Source of the DNA: Desulfatiglandales bacterium
Lineage (GTDB): Bacteria; Desulfobacterota; DSM-4660; Desulfatiglandales; Desulfatiglandaceae
DNA length: 64,000 nt
NCBI GenBank assembly: GCA_963666345.1
Contig: OY762721.1
Coordinates: 1,920,001-1,984,000, forward strand
Direction: 5' to 3'
Positions 19,535-29,817 of the stretch are shown here, piece after piece (position 1 is the first letter of the stretch; every line of letters begins with the position of its first letter). A program made the translations under genes and the position numbers. Below the pieces are notes generated by a model. It was not told where the DNA came from, did no database searches, and saw only the letters and a list, made by a program, of their open reading frames with translations.

Positions 19535-20552
19535 TCAATATTTTTTCGGCCGCAGCAAGTATACTGTCCGGTTTATTTCCCACAATTACATTTGTCCCGA
19601 TTTCGCAGGTAATCGGCCTTTCCGTGTTCTCTCTCAGTGTGATGCATGGAATGCCCAAGACAGTAGTTTCTTCCTGCAATCCACCGCTGTCGGTAAGCAC
19701 CATCTTCGCATGCATATTAAGGTGCAGAAAATCCAGATAACCCAATGGAGAAGTAGTCCATATCCCTTCCGCCTTTTCACCATCAGAAAAATAGTGGGAA
19801 AGCCCAAAAAGATCGGCCATCTTTCTCGTCCGGGGATGAATGGGAAAGACAATCGGGAGTTCCTTAGCGATTTGAGACAATGCTTCTAAAATCCCCCCCA
19901 AGGTATCTTTATCATCCACATTAGACGGGCGGTGAAGTGTAAGTGTGGCAAATTTTCCAGGCTCAAGCTCCAGCCTGTCTGCAAGATCAAGTTTCGCAGC
20001 TGCTTTTTTATGCTTCATGAGGGTATCGATCATCACATTACCCACGAAAAAGATCTTCTCTTCGGGTATGCCTTCACTCCTGAGGTTTTCGTTTGCAATG
20101 AGATCCGTGGTAAAGAGATAGTCACACAAAACATCTGTGCAGAGACGATTGATCTCTTCGGGCATTGACATATCCCTGGAACGCAGGCCGGCCTCCACAT
20201 GAGCCACCTTAATGCCCAGCTTCTTGGCGGTAATGGCACAGGCCATGGTGGAATTTACATCACCCACCACAATTATCAGATCAGGGTTCTCCCTGATGCA
20301 GACCTTTTCAAACTCAACCATAATTTTAGCGGTCTGCACTGCATGTGTACCGGAACCAACCCCAAGGTCAATATCCGGCTTTGGCATGCCAAGATCATCA
20401 AAAAAAGCCTTGCTCATCTTTTGATCATAATGCTGGCCTGTATGCACCAGCATCTGATCTATCCGGTCAGGATAACGATTCATTGCCTCGATAATCGGAG
20501 CAATCTTCATAAAATTTGGCCTAGCACCGACAATATTTAAAATCTTCATCAT
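19446..20552 (-). CDS. wecB: UDP-N-acetylglucosamine 2-epimerase (non-hydrolysing)
   Basis: VGARPNFMK, HTGQHYD, HVEAGLRS, TDSGGLQEE, TERP. Confidence 0.95.
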   Translation of the reverse strand: MMKILNIVGARPNFMKIAPIIEAMNRYPDRIDQMLVHTGQHYDQKMSKAFFDDLGMPKPDIDLGVGSGTHAVQTAKIMVEFEKVCIRENPDLIIVVGDVNSTMACAITAKKLGIKVAHVEAGLRSRDMSMPEEINRLCTDVLCDYLFTTDLIANENLRSEGIPEEKIFFVGNVMIDTLMKHKKAAAKLDLADRLELEPGKFATLTLHRPSNVDDKDTLGGILEALSQIAKELPIVFPIHPRTRKMADLFGLSHYFSDGEKAEGIWTTSPLGYLDFLHLNMHAKMVLTDSGGLQEETTVLGIPCITLRENTERPITCEIGTNVIVGNKPDSILAAAEKILNGTRPKGKTPEKWDGKTAERIVECLFANV

Positions 20553-20593
20553 AATGTTTTATCTTTGCGTTTTTGCGCCTTTGCGTGAGACAT

Positions 20594-22789
20594 TTAATTC
20601 ACCTCCACCCAGCGCCCTTCTCTCAGCGATTCAATAGCACCAAAACTCGCCCTGGTAGTATTTACAATCTCCCCAAAAGGAATCATAGTCTTACCGCCAT
20701 TCTTCACCCGATCAATCAGCAGTCTGAACTGCTCGGAATGCCCTTTGCCCTGCTTTTTCTTCAAACGTGAAAAACCTTTAAACCCAAATCCTGTTAATGT
20801 CCGCCAATTGTCCAAAACAAGAGAGCGTCCCTGGGAGTGAACCTCAATGCGCTCCTTAGAGTAGGCTTTATTACCGTTGGCAAAATAATTGATCACAGCG
20901 TTAGAACCATTCTCATAGCGCAGCATAATACTTGCATTGTCGGTATTCTCCTCAGGTGATGTCCCCATTGCATTCATGCATACCGCAACAACCCTGCTTC
21001 CGGTCAGATAAGTACACAGATCAATAAAATGGCACGCTTCACCAACAATGCGGCCACCACCAACCGCAAGATCATGTACCCAGGAATTGGCAGGGATTTC
21101 TCCTGCATTCACAGTGGCCACAATATTTACCGCCCCCATACCAATCAAGGACTTCATCTTCCGGGCAAGCGGAGCAAACCGCCTGTTGAACCCAACCATA
21201 AGAATAGGATTTAAGTTTGAAGATTCAGGTTTTAAATTAGAGGTTTCAGAGCTATCTTTATCCCCACGTAAATCATAAAACCTAAAACTTAAAACTTCCT
21301 GAATTTCATCCAACTCATTCAAATTCAGGCAAAGTGGCTTTTCCACAAAAACATTCTTACCGGCCTTCAAAGATTCAATAACCATAGAGGCATGCAAATC
21401 ATGCCTCGTAGTAATCATAACCAGATCAACATCATCATCTTCAAGCACCTGCTTATAATCAGTTGCGGCACAGGCAAATCCTGCTCGCTTTGCCAAAGCA
21501 CCGGCAGACAATCCCCCGGCAGAAACAATATATTTAAGCTGTACGTCAAGTGGTTTCAGGACCGGAACAAGCGTAGCACTTGCAAAATTGCCAGCGCCGA
21601 TAACAGCTATAACCCCTTTTCCTTTACTGAAAGATCGCTCGGCTACTGTTATCACCGGACTTGTATCAACGTTGCCTTCATAAACCAGCAAAGATGCAAT
21701 AGAGGAAGAGCCGCTCATGTTTTCATAAATGCGGCTGTACTCTGATAGAGGAACCCGCTCTGTAATCAACGAATCCACGTCAAGCTGCCCGCTCTCTATT
21801 GCGGAAAGAATTGCTTCGAAATTGCGTTTTTCAGTCCAGCGAACAAAGGCAACCGGATAGTCCTGCCCTTTTTGTTCATAATTATCATCATAGCGTCCCG
21901 GGCCATAGGAGCATGACACCTGAAAGCTCAATTCCTTCTCGTAAAATTCCGCACGGGAAATATCAAGACCCACAACCCCGACCAGGACAATACGCCCCCG
22001 CTTGCGACTCATGCGAGCGGACTGGGAAATGATTTCATTGCCTTTGGCTGACGCGGTAATCAGCACAGCATCAGCGCCAATCCCATTGGTCTGTTCCTCC
22101 ACAAACCTGACCTGATCTGTCCCTCCAGCCGGATTAACAGCAATAATGCCAAGCTTATTAGCAATATCCACCTTTGACTGATCATAATCAAACCCAATCA
22201 CCCGACACCCATTGGCCCTGAGAATCTGCGCTGCAATAAGACCTATCAACCCAAGTCCAATAACAACAACCGTCTCTCCAAAGGCCGGCTTAAGAAGACG
22301 AACCCCTTGCAGCCCGACAGCTCCGATCACTGTAAAAGCCGCCTGATCATCAGTGACCCCATCAGGAATCTTAGCACAAAGATTTCCAGGCACGCACACA
22401 ATCTCCGCATGCGGCCCATTACTAACAACCCTATCACCTTTCTTAAAACCTAAAACTTGACCCTTAAAACTGTCGGCAGTGTCGATGACGCGCCCGACAT
22501 TGCAATACCCAAGCGGCAAAGGCTGACCCAGCTTATTAAAAACAGCTTCCACAGTCGGCAACAGTCCATCGCTTCGGATCTTGTCGAGTACCATCCTGAC
22601 CTTATCCGGTTGCTGACGGCCCTTTTGTATCAAACTTGCATGGCCGAATTCCACAAGCATCCGTTCTGTTCCAAGAGAAATAAGGGAACGGGAAGTTTGT
22701 ATCTGAACGTGGCCTGCCTTTACTTGCGGAGCGGGAAGTTCAATAAGCTCAGTCTTTCCATTTTTTAAATTTTGCATAATCTGCTTCAA
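20594..22789 (-). CDS. Bi-domain oxidoreductase (Zn-ADH-like + Gfo/Idh/MocA)
   Basis: SLISLGTE, SCSYGPGRYD, IGAGNFA, VFVEKPL, VGFNRRF, GEACHFID. Confidence 0.93.
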   Translation of the reverse strand: MKQIMQNLKNGKTELIELPAPQVKAGHVQIQTSRSLISLGTERMLVEFGHASLIQKGRQQPDKVRMVLDKIRSDGLLPTVEAVFNKLGQPLPLGYCNVGRVIDTADSFKGQVLGFKKGDRVVSNGPHAEIVCVPGNLCAKIPDGVTDDQAAFTVIGAVGLQGVRLLKPAFGETVVVIGLGLIGLIAAQILRANGCRVIGFDYDQSKVDIANKLGIIAVNPAGGTDQVRFVEEQTNGIGADAVLITASAKGNEIISQSARMSRKRGRIVLVGVVGLDISRAEFYEKELSFQVSCSYGPGRYDDNYEQKGQDYPVAFVRWTEKRNFEAILSAIESGQLDVDSLITERVPLSEYSRIYENMSGSSSIASLLVYEGNVDTSPVITVAERSFSKGKGVIAVIGAGNFASATLVPVLKPLDVQLKYIVSAGGLSAGALAKRAGFACAATDYKQVLEDDDVDLVMITTRHDLHASMVIESLKAGKNVFVEKPLCLNLNELDEIQEVLSFRFYDLRGDKDSSETSNLKPESSNLNPILMVGFNRRFAPLARKMKSLIGMGAVNIVATVNAGEIPANSWVHDLAVGGGRIVGEACHFIDLCTYLTGSRVVAVCMNAMGTSPEENTDNASIMLRYENGSNAVINYFANGNKAYSKERIEVHSQGRSLVLDNWRTLTGFGFKGFSRLKKKQGKGHSEQFRLLIDRVKNGGKTMIPFGEIVNTTRASFGAIESLREGRWVEVN

Positions 22790-22804
22790 ATATCTATCCT
22801 TGTG

Positions 22805-23917
22805 TTAAGTTTCTTTAGACGATAAAGCATCAAGAATTTTTGACCAGACATGATTGATATCGTGATGCAAAAAAATGTGTTTTTGTGCCTTTTTCCCAAT
22901 TTTGTTCCTGAGTTCAGGCTGTTGGCTTAATTCTATTATGGCTTGCCCTAATGCAGAAACATCACCAGGCTCAATTAAACGCCCCATATTTTCATCAATG
23001 ACAAGTTCAGGAATTCCACCAACTCGGGTCGATATTACAGCTTTTCCTGCCGCCATTGCTTCAATAAGTGAATTAGGCATTCCCTCAACATGCGATGGCA
23101 AAACAAATATATCCGTTTTTTGCAAAATAGCCTCTTTTTCGTCCCCACTTACCCATCCACGAAAATCAAAAAAGCATGATAGCCCTAATTCTTCAATATA
23201 TTGTTGAACTATATTGAATTGATCACCCTTTCCACAAATAATAAATTGAATATTCTGCATTTCATTTTGCCGTTTACTTACAGCATTAACGAGGTCATAA
23301 ATACCTTTATTGCATTCTATCCATCCCAAAAAGAGAACATTACAATTTTCTTTTTTCTCAGTAATATTCAATTTTAAATAAGAAGTACAATTAATCCAGT
23401 TTTTAATAACTACAAAATGATTATCAGAAAGATTTGAGATGGATTTATAAAAAACATACCAGCTGTGACTTTGACATAATATCATATTGCATCTACATAA
23501 CACAAACGGGATATACCATTTCATAAACCTTGACTTTCTAATTGTTAAATGGATTTTACCGCTACGGGGAGCAAAAACCACCCATTTACGACAACAGTGA
23601 GCCCAAAGAGCCATTAATCCTTTTTCAAAAAAACTAAATCCAGCGCTTGCGAAAATTAAGGTACCGTCAATTTCTTTTTTGGGTATGATTGTCAAAAACA
23701 AGTAACCGCGTTTTAACGCAAGAAATAAACGTCGCCAAATTGGAGGCGGTGGCAAAGATTCCATTGTCGAATCAATGGTAATCCAATTTATATAACCTGA
23801 AATTTCACTTTCTATTAAGGTCTTACATGCGTATAGTTGCCCTCCCACAGCACCATCACCTGCTTTTTCTTTAAAAGCACCAACAAAGACGATATTTTTT
23901 TTATTACAAATATTCAT
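22805..23917 (-). CDS. Glycosyltransferase family 4
   Basis: FVLPSHVEGMPNSLIEAMAAG...VGGIPE. Confidence 0.92.
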   Translation of the reverse strand: MNICNKKNIVFVGAFKEKAGDGAVGGQLYACKTLIESEISGYINWITIDSTMESLPPPPIWRRLFLALKRGYLFLTIIPKKEIDGTLIFASAGFSFFEKGLMALWAHCCRKWVVFAPRSGKIHLTIRKSRFMKWYIPFVLCRCNMILCQSHSWYVFYKSISNLSDNHFVVIKNWINCTSYLKLNITEKKENCNVLFLGWIECNKGIYDLVNAVSKRQNEMQNIQFIICGKGDQFNIVQQYIEELGLSCFFDFRGWVSGDEKEAILQKTDIFVLPSHVEGMPNSLIEAMAAGKAVISTRVGGIPELVIDENMGRLIEPGDVSALGQAIIELSQQPELRNKIGKKAQKHIFLHHDINHVWSKILDALSSKET

Positions 23918-23983
23918 AGAGAATACATGTTACTCCATAAAGCAAAATTCAAAGACAGAGAAACCAATTGAAATATCGCCAAC

Positions 23984-25072
23984 TCAATCTTTGTCAATTC
24001 GATTCTTTATTCCAGGCGCGAATGGTTGTTCGTATATGTATTTCTCATGGTTAAAACTTGGATCTAAGCTTTTATTGGCAACAATGCTCACCCAACCAGC
24101 TCGTGAATTCGTAACAACAATGTTCCAAAGGTGTTCTTTGAGAAACCACTGAAATATATCTTTTGCCCTGTAGTGATGAACAATTTTTGTTGCATAAGTG
24201 TCATGAGTATCGACCATAGACCATATCACGGGTAAATGACGATAGCAGGTTGATGGGAGGCAATAACGGACATATCTTAAAATTGGAATTTTATTTATCG
24301 CATGGAGGATTAGCACAACTGATTTACAATAGGACAAAAATATTGAACTTGGAATTCTTGTGGTTACTGTCCTAAAAAGTTCACAACGCCATACATTTAA
24401 TGCCCAGAGAAGTTCAAGCGTAGCAACCTTAATTGAATTACGATTGGGTCTAGCATATAGACTTATGTCGTAAAGACTGACCGCGATACTTCCCTGGGCC
24501 TTAATTAACTTTGCTAAATTCCGGAATCCAGCCTCAGGGTCTGGGGTGTGATGGAGAACCCCAATTGAATAGCCAAAATCAAAGCATTCTTTTCGAAATG
24601 GCGGCGAAAATATATCTCCCTGGACAAATAGAACATTTTTTCTATCAGCCAAATTATCTTGTGCAGCATCAACTGCATCTGTTGCATCCAAGCCTACAAC
24701 TAACTTTGTGGAGCGCTTAGAAGCAACATCAACAAACCTACCGGCACCAGAACCGAACTCAATAATCGTTCTCCCTTTAAGCTCCTCTTTTTGCCAACCA
24801 ATCTCGGAATCAAATCGGATGGCCGATTCATGCGTCCTATCAGTATCGATTTGAGATTTTGCAAACGTACGCCACTGAGGACCAAATGAATCTGCATAAT
24901 GTGTTGAGCGTGAGAATCGAGGAATATAATTTTCAATGGGGTAAGACGCATGGCAGCCTAAACAATTAATCGACCCCTCCCTGATTCGAACAGAAATATC
25001 ATTAGATTTAATTTCAAGAGCTTCTGAATCACACTTTGGGCATTTTAAAAGCTCTAAATATTCAATCCTCAT
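23984..25072 (-). CDS. Class I SAM methyltransferase with N-terminal Trm112-like Zn ribbon
   Basis: CPKC...CLGC..YPIENYIPRF; EFGSGAGRF; SIGVLHHTPDP. Confidence 0.88.
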   Translation of the reverse strand: MRIEYLELLKCPKCDSEALEIKSNDISVRIREGSINCLGCHASYPIENYIPRFSRSTHYADSFGPQWRTFAKSQIDTDRTHESAIRFDSEIGWQKEELKGRTIIEFGSGAGRFVDVASKRSTKLVVGLDATDAVDAAQDNLADRKNVLFVQGDIFSPPFRKECFDFGYSIGVLHHTPDPEAGFRNLAKLIKAQGSIAVSLYDISLYARPNRNSIKVATLELLWALNVWRCELFRTVTTRIPSSIFLSYCKSVVLILHAINKIPILRYVRYCLPSTCYRHLPVIWSMVDTHDTYATKIVHHYRAKDIFQWFLKEHLWNIVVTNSRAGWVSIVANKSLDPSFNHEKYIYEQPFAPGIKNRIDKD

Positions 25073-25097
25073 CTTGACAATTTCCTATATACTTCAG

Positions 25098-26990
25098 TCA
25101 AGCAAAACTCACAGAAACGCAATTGGCCCAAATCATAAAATTCAAAATTTTCCAAAGAAGAAAAGAACTATCTCGCTGGCGAGAAACATGATCTTTGTAC
25201 AATACTTGAACAGCAACACTGTCCATCACATCTGGATAGCTATTCTGAAATGTCTCTAACTGATCAAAGAAAAATGGCTTGAGTGCATGACGTAGCCAAT
25301 AGCCGTAAGGCACACCAAACCCAGTCTTTTTACCATAGAGGACATCATTAGGCACGACCCCTTCCAACGCCTTCTTGAGCAACCACTTTTTGTGACCAAG
25401 ATGCACCTTTTGGGGACCACTTAGACGCATGCAGAAGTCAACCACTTCATTATCCAAAAACGGCACCCGCGCTTCGACACTGGCAGCCATCGTGGATCGG
25501 TCTACTTTCTCCAAGAAAATATCGGGCAAGATAATCATGGAATCCACAAACAGCATTTGATTGACGGCATCCTCTTCTTTAAAATACTGCTGACACTGCC
25601 GATATCGTGCAAATGGATCAGACTTCCGAATTTCTCTTCGAAATTCAGGTGTGAATATCATAGTTAGGTCAGCATGACCGTCTTCTTCCGTAAGAAGCAA
25701 TGCCATGACGTCCGCCAAACCATCGGCCTTAAGGGCATTAATATAACGCTGGCGACGATAATGTTTCGCATTTCGAGGTGTGAACTGGTTTGCAACACCA
25801 CCAACTTTAGCGAGAAGGCATGCAATACGATAAAAACTCAATGTTGAATAGCGAGTGTATCCGCCAAAAAGCTCATCGCCACCATCGCCCTGCAAGACGA
25901 CTTTAGTGGTGTCACTGACCCTGGAACTGAGCAAATAGAGGGGTATGTTTGCCGCATCGGAAAATGGCATATCGTGGTGATCCACCATTTTTTCTACAAT
26001 ATCGGCAATCTCAAAGCCTGAAATATGGAGTTCATGATGATCGGTGCCGTACAATTGAGCAATTTTATTTGCCTTTGGCAGCTCATCATTACCTTTATCA
26101 AAATCAAAACCGACCGAATAGGTAGCCAATTTGCCTTTATAATGTCGCGAAGCAAAAGCCGTGATCGCACTCGAATCAATGCCGCCGGAAAGAAAAACTC
26201 CCACAGGGACATCGCTAACCAGTTGGCGCTTGACCGCCTGCTCCAACAGGGTGCGAGTTTGCGATATTCTCTCATCAACGGAACAGCTGTACTTGTCACA
26301 CCCCGAATATTGGGATGGACTCCAGTAACACTCAATTTTAGAACTGAACGTGGTCAAATCAAGTTCCAAATAATGGCCTGGCAGCAATTTATGGATTCCC
26401 TGGTAGAGTGTTCGTTCGCCAAGAGCAGTCCCATAATAAAGCCATTCATGAATCGCTGAAAGATCACACTGTGATGACTGCTCATCAAGAGCAAGTAAGG
26501 CCTTGATTTCAGACGCGAAGGACAGGCTGTCTTCATCTAAACGGTAATACAGCGGCTTAACCCCAAGCCGATCCCGAACCAGCCAAAATTTTTTCGCCTG
26601 CTTGTCATAAATGGCAAAAGCGAACATGCCGTTGAGCAGGTTGACCGATTTAATCCCAAGCTTTGCAAACGCACCAAGCACCACCTCAGTATCCGAATGG
26701 GAGCGAACATTATCAAGCCCAAGGGATTGAGCAAGATCCGCAAAATTATAGGATTCGCCGTTATAACAAATTACATGCCGACCATCTTCGGTCCGCATTG
26801 GTTGACTTGCCGCACCAGACAGGTCGAGGATACTAAGACGAACATGCCCGAGCCAAACACAATCGTCTGAGTATTCACCCTGCATGTCTGGGCCACGGTG
26901 ACGGATAGCCTCGATGACTTGCACCGTCTTGCCATCTGAAAAATCAAGCGCAACACCTTGTCGTACAACTTTGCCGGCGATTCCACACAT
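25098..26990 (-). CDS. asnB: Asparagine synthase-like glutamine amidotransferase (sugar amidation)
   Basis: MCGIAG, HRGPD, FLSGGIDSS, GDGGDELFGGY, KVDR, RVPFLD. Confidence 0.93.
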   Translation of the reverse strand: MCGIAGKVVRQGVALDFSDGKTVQVIEAIRHRGPDMQGEYSDDCVWLGHVRLSILDLSGAASQPMRTEDGRHVICYNGESYNFADLAQSLGLDNVRSHSDTEVVLGAFAKLGIKSVNLLNGMFAFAIYDKQAKKFWLVRDRLGVKPLYYRLDEDSLSFASEIKALLALDEQSSQCDLSAIHEWLYYGTALGERTLYQGIHKLLPGHYLELDLTTFSSKIECYWSPSQYSGCDKYSCSVDERISQTRTLLEQAVKRQLVSDVPVGVFLSGGIDSSAITAFASRHYKGKLATYSVGFDFDKGNDELPKANKIAQLYGTDHHELHISGFEIADIVEKMVDHHDMPFSDAANIPLYLLSSRVSDTTKVVLQGDGGDELFGGYTRYSTLSFYRIACLLAKVGGVANQFTPRNAKHYRRQRYINALKADGLADVMALLLTEEDGHADLTMIFTPEFRREIRKSDPFARYRQCQQYFKEEDAVNQMLFVDSMIILPDIFLEKVDRSTMAASVEARVPFLDNEVVDFCMRLSGPQKVHLGHKKWLLKKALEGVVPNDVLYGKKTGFGVPYGYWLRHALKPFFFDQLETFQNSYPDVMDSVAVQVLYKDHVSRQRDSSFLLWKILNFMIWANCVSVSFA

Positions 26991-26991
26991 A

Positions 26992-28140
26992 TCATTTCAC
27001 CACAACGGTCTTGCCAGTGTGACACTCGACCAGTTTGGAGAATAAGGCCTCATACGCCGTAACCATCTTGTCTATTCCTAAATTAGCCTCGGCATATTCC
27101 TTAGCATTGCGAGAGAAATTAAGCCATTCCTCCCAATTGAGGTTCGTCATTTTGTTAATTGCATCCGCAATACTTTCAGGATTGTTTGGATCGAAAAGAA
27201 AGCCCCTTTCACCATCGCTGACCAACAAAGGGTGGTCACAAACATTAGAAACCAGTACTGGCCTTCCAGCCGCCAATGCTTCGCAGATAACATTGGGTAG
27301 GCCCTCGTAAAAAGAGGGGTGGATCAATGCATGGTGTTCTTGAAGCAACGTTGGCACATCGGAACGTTCTCCAAGCCACTTCCAGCATTTTTTGACTTCG
27401 GGGAATGAATTGAGTAGTTCATCAACTTGTTGGCAGTATTCTTCGCCCATGGGAGTCGCTGTTCCTCTTCGGCCTACCCAGCTTACCGACGGGACCCAGC
27501 CGTAGGTTTGATGAAATATATGCAGCGCTCTTATCAGACTGATCAAGTTTTTCCCGACCCCGATTCGTCCCACGGCAATCAGTTTCATATCTTTTTTTTC
27601 ACGTAGAGGAAAAGGCAAACCTGAATAACACCCAACATCCAATCCATTGTAAATGGTAGTCACTTTCCCCTTTAACCAAGAATATTTCTCCTCCAGCCAT
27701 TCTCTATGGTTGTTCGAGTTGGTGACTAAATGATTCGCCATCCGATGAAAATTGCATCTGATCACTGCACTTATAACACCTTTTTCTCCAAGATGGCTGC
27801 TCCGTTCGCTCACAATGAATTTAGTGGAGGGCGAAAATAAACTGCTAAGTTCAGCATAAATATTCGGGTTGTCCAAGAACGAAATTACTATATCGTAGTG
27901 ATTATTTCTGATCAAACCAATCAGTTGTCCGATAAGCCCTAATGAGAATCCTCGACCTTTATTAAATTCATGCACCGGTATGGCAAGTTCTTCAACCTTT
28001 TTTCGGAAAAACGAGAATTGAGGGAAATAGATAAAAAGACTGACATGATGCCCGCGCTGTTTAAGCCCACATACCAGAGTGACCATTTGCCTTTGGGCAC
28101 CTCCAGAACCAAAACTATCGATGACACACAAAATCCGCAT
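26992..28140 (-). CDS. Glycosyltransferase family 4
   Basis: GGAQRQ, HPSFYEGLPNVICEALAAG. Confidence 0.92.
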   Translation of the reverse strand: MRILCVIDSFGSGGAQRQMVTLVCGLKQRGHHVSLFIYFPQFSFFRKKVEELAIPVHEFNKGRGFSLGLIGQLIGLIRNNHYDIVISFLDNPNIYAELSSLFSPSTKFIVSERSSHLGEKGVISAVIRCNFHRMANHLVTNSNNHREWLEEKYSWLKGKVTTIYNGLDVGCYSGLPFPLREKKDMKLIAVGRIGVGKNLISLIRALHIFHQTYGWVPSVSWVGRRGTATPMGEEYCQQVDELLNSFPEVKKCWKWLGERSDVPTLLQEHHALIHPSFYEGLPNVICEALAAGRPVLVSNVCDHPLLVSDGERGFLFDPNNPESIADAINKMTNLNWEEWLNFSRNAKEYAEANLGIDKMVTAYEALFSKLVECHTGKTVVVK

Positions 28141-28238
28141 AAAAAATCATAACCCTTTTTAACAATCCAAATAACTTTGATGAGCATCACTGAGAGAAAA
28201 GCAGATATAACTGCTTGCACTCTTTCTTCTTCCGTTTA

Positions 28239-29579
28239 TCAACTGGCTGTTAAGCGAGACATGCCCTTTCGACGAAATACTGAAAATGCCAATAATAGTA
28301 GTAAAAATATAAAAAAATGAAATTGGTGTTTTAAAAAGACGCTAAGATCACCATTATTTAAAAACCATGGCATTTTAAAAAAAATATACAAAACGATGGG
28401 GAACGCGCTTTGATATACTTTTACGACACCATAACATTGCCGCTGCATCCAACCAATGCCCACTCCAAAAACCATACACCCAGCAAGAACGCCAATTAAA
28501 CCTCCTCCATACCAAAACGAACCAACCAAGCCAGGTGGTATCCCCCCTTCTTGGCTGCCCGTCAACAATTCAGTATTGTAGTCAGAAATTCGAGTTGGTT
28601 TATCCAAACCACTTCCGAGCAGTCTGGTAGGAATTAAATGCAGAGGAGCGACCCAGAAATGCTCCATTAAATTAAAGTGAATATCGCTATCCATGGCTAC
28701 CCCAAGTGATTTTATTGGATGAGCAAATTCACTAATGAGTCGACCGTATAAGTATTCTGTTTCTCTATAGCCTATCGAATCAAAAGCATACGAAATTTCA
28801 TCACCTCTAAAAATGCCGGTAGTGGCTATAATTGCTTTTTTCCCGTATGCGACAAACCATAATCCGATAATAAGGGCCAATACTAAAGCAGTAATTTTTT
28901 TTACATTTAGATGCAAACCACGTAAATTAAAATGAATAAACAAACTCATCAGAATCACCTGAAAAATAGCGCCTCGTCCGCCTTTGATAAGCCCATAGGA
29001 TATAATTACAATTACAGTACCCATTAGAACAGCAATATATTTCTTTTTATACCTCGAATTCTGATACAATTTATATTGACATATAGCAAAGACGACATAA
29101 GCAATGCCGACAAAATATTGTGCAAGGCCCCCCCCTTGCGCATCAATTATGTCCTTTCCCGTGAGTCTGTTCATTGCAGCATAAGACAAGGCATTTATAA
29201 ACCCACCATAACTATACGCATATGTGTATAATGCGCCACAAGAAATAAGGAAAGCAAACAATACGAATCGGTATTCAAGCTTTTCGTTTATCTTTACTTT
29301 AGGTGAAACTTTAAATATTGGCAATCCGTATGATAGATAATACCCAGAAATTAAAGCCAGCAATCCAACTAAGGCCACAAATCTTGGCATCCAGGGAACT
29401 CCATCACAAAATGGGGCACAATTATATGACAGGGGTAACAGCTCAGGAATTATAAAATAAAGCAGTACATACATAGCCAGAACAAATCGAAATGCATCTA
29501 TTAGGAGTCGTTTTTTACGTGATATCTCAAATAAGAAAAGAGAACTTATAATCAAAAATGTAATGCTTATGCTTAGCAA
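28239..29579 (-). CDS. Putative O-antigen/polysaccharide polymerase (Wzy-like)
   Basis: About 10 hydrophobic segments with a large loop, GGRG motif, AT-rich codons, located among glycosyltransferases. Confidence 0.75.
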   Translation of the reverse strand: MLSISITFLIISSLFLFEISRKKRLLIDAFRFVLAMYVLLYFIIPELLPLSYNCAPFCDGVPWMPRFVALVGLLALISGYYLSYGLPIFKVSPKVKINEKLEYRFVLFAFLISCGALYTYAYSYGGFINALSYAAMNRLTGKDIIDAQGGGLAQYFVGIAYVVFAICQYKLYQNSRYKKKYIAVLMGTVIVIISYGLIKGGRGAIFQVILMSLFIHFNLRGLHLNVKKITALVLALIIGLWFVAYGKKAIIATTGIFRGDEISYAFDSIGYRETEYLYGRLISEFAHPIKSLGVAMDSDIHFNLMEHFWVAPLHLIPTRLLGSGLDKPTRISDYNTELLTGSQEGGIPPGLVGSFWYGGGLIGVLAGCMVFGVGIGWMQRQCYGVVKVYQSAFPIVLYIFFKMPWFLNNGDLSVFLKHQFHFFIFLLLLLAFSVFRRKGMSRLTAS

Positions 29580-29619
29580 ACTAAATTTCCTAAAGTGGCA
29601 CAGGGCAAGGGGGTAGCGG

Positions 29620-29780
29620 TACGATGGTTAAGATTATCCAAGTTTCTCCGGACGTCAGAGTACATCGTGTACTGGTGAAGAGCAACCTCTTCACATTTGA
29701 ACATTTGCCAGGGTCTCTCCGCAAAAATATTATAGTACACGGGGCCCCGGACATCCATACTGATTCTGATGCCTTTCTTC
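29620..29780 (-). pseudogene. IS3-family transposase (integrase core) remnant
   Basis: GIRISMDVRG...NIFAERPWQMFKCEEV resembles the IS3 motif GIRISMDGRG..DNIFVERLWRSVKYEEV. Confidence 0.7.
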
Positions 29781-29817
29781 TCCAATGGCGACGTATTTTT
29801 TGCCTTTGGCGATTTAT

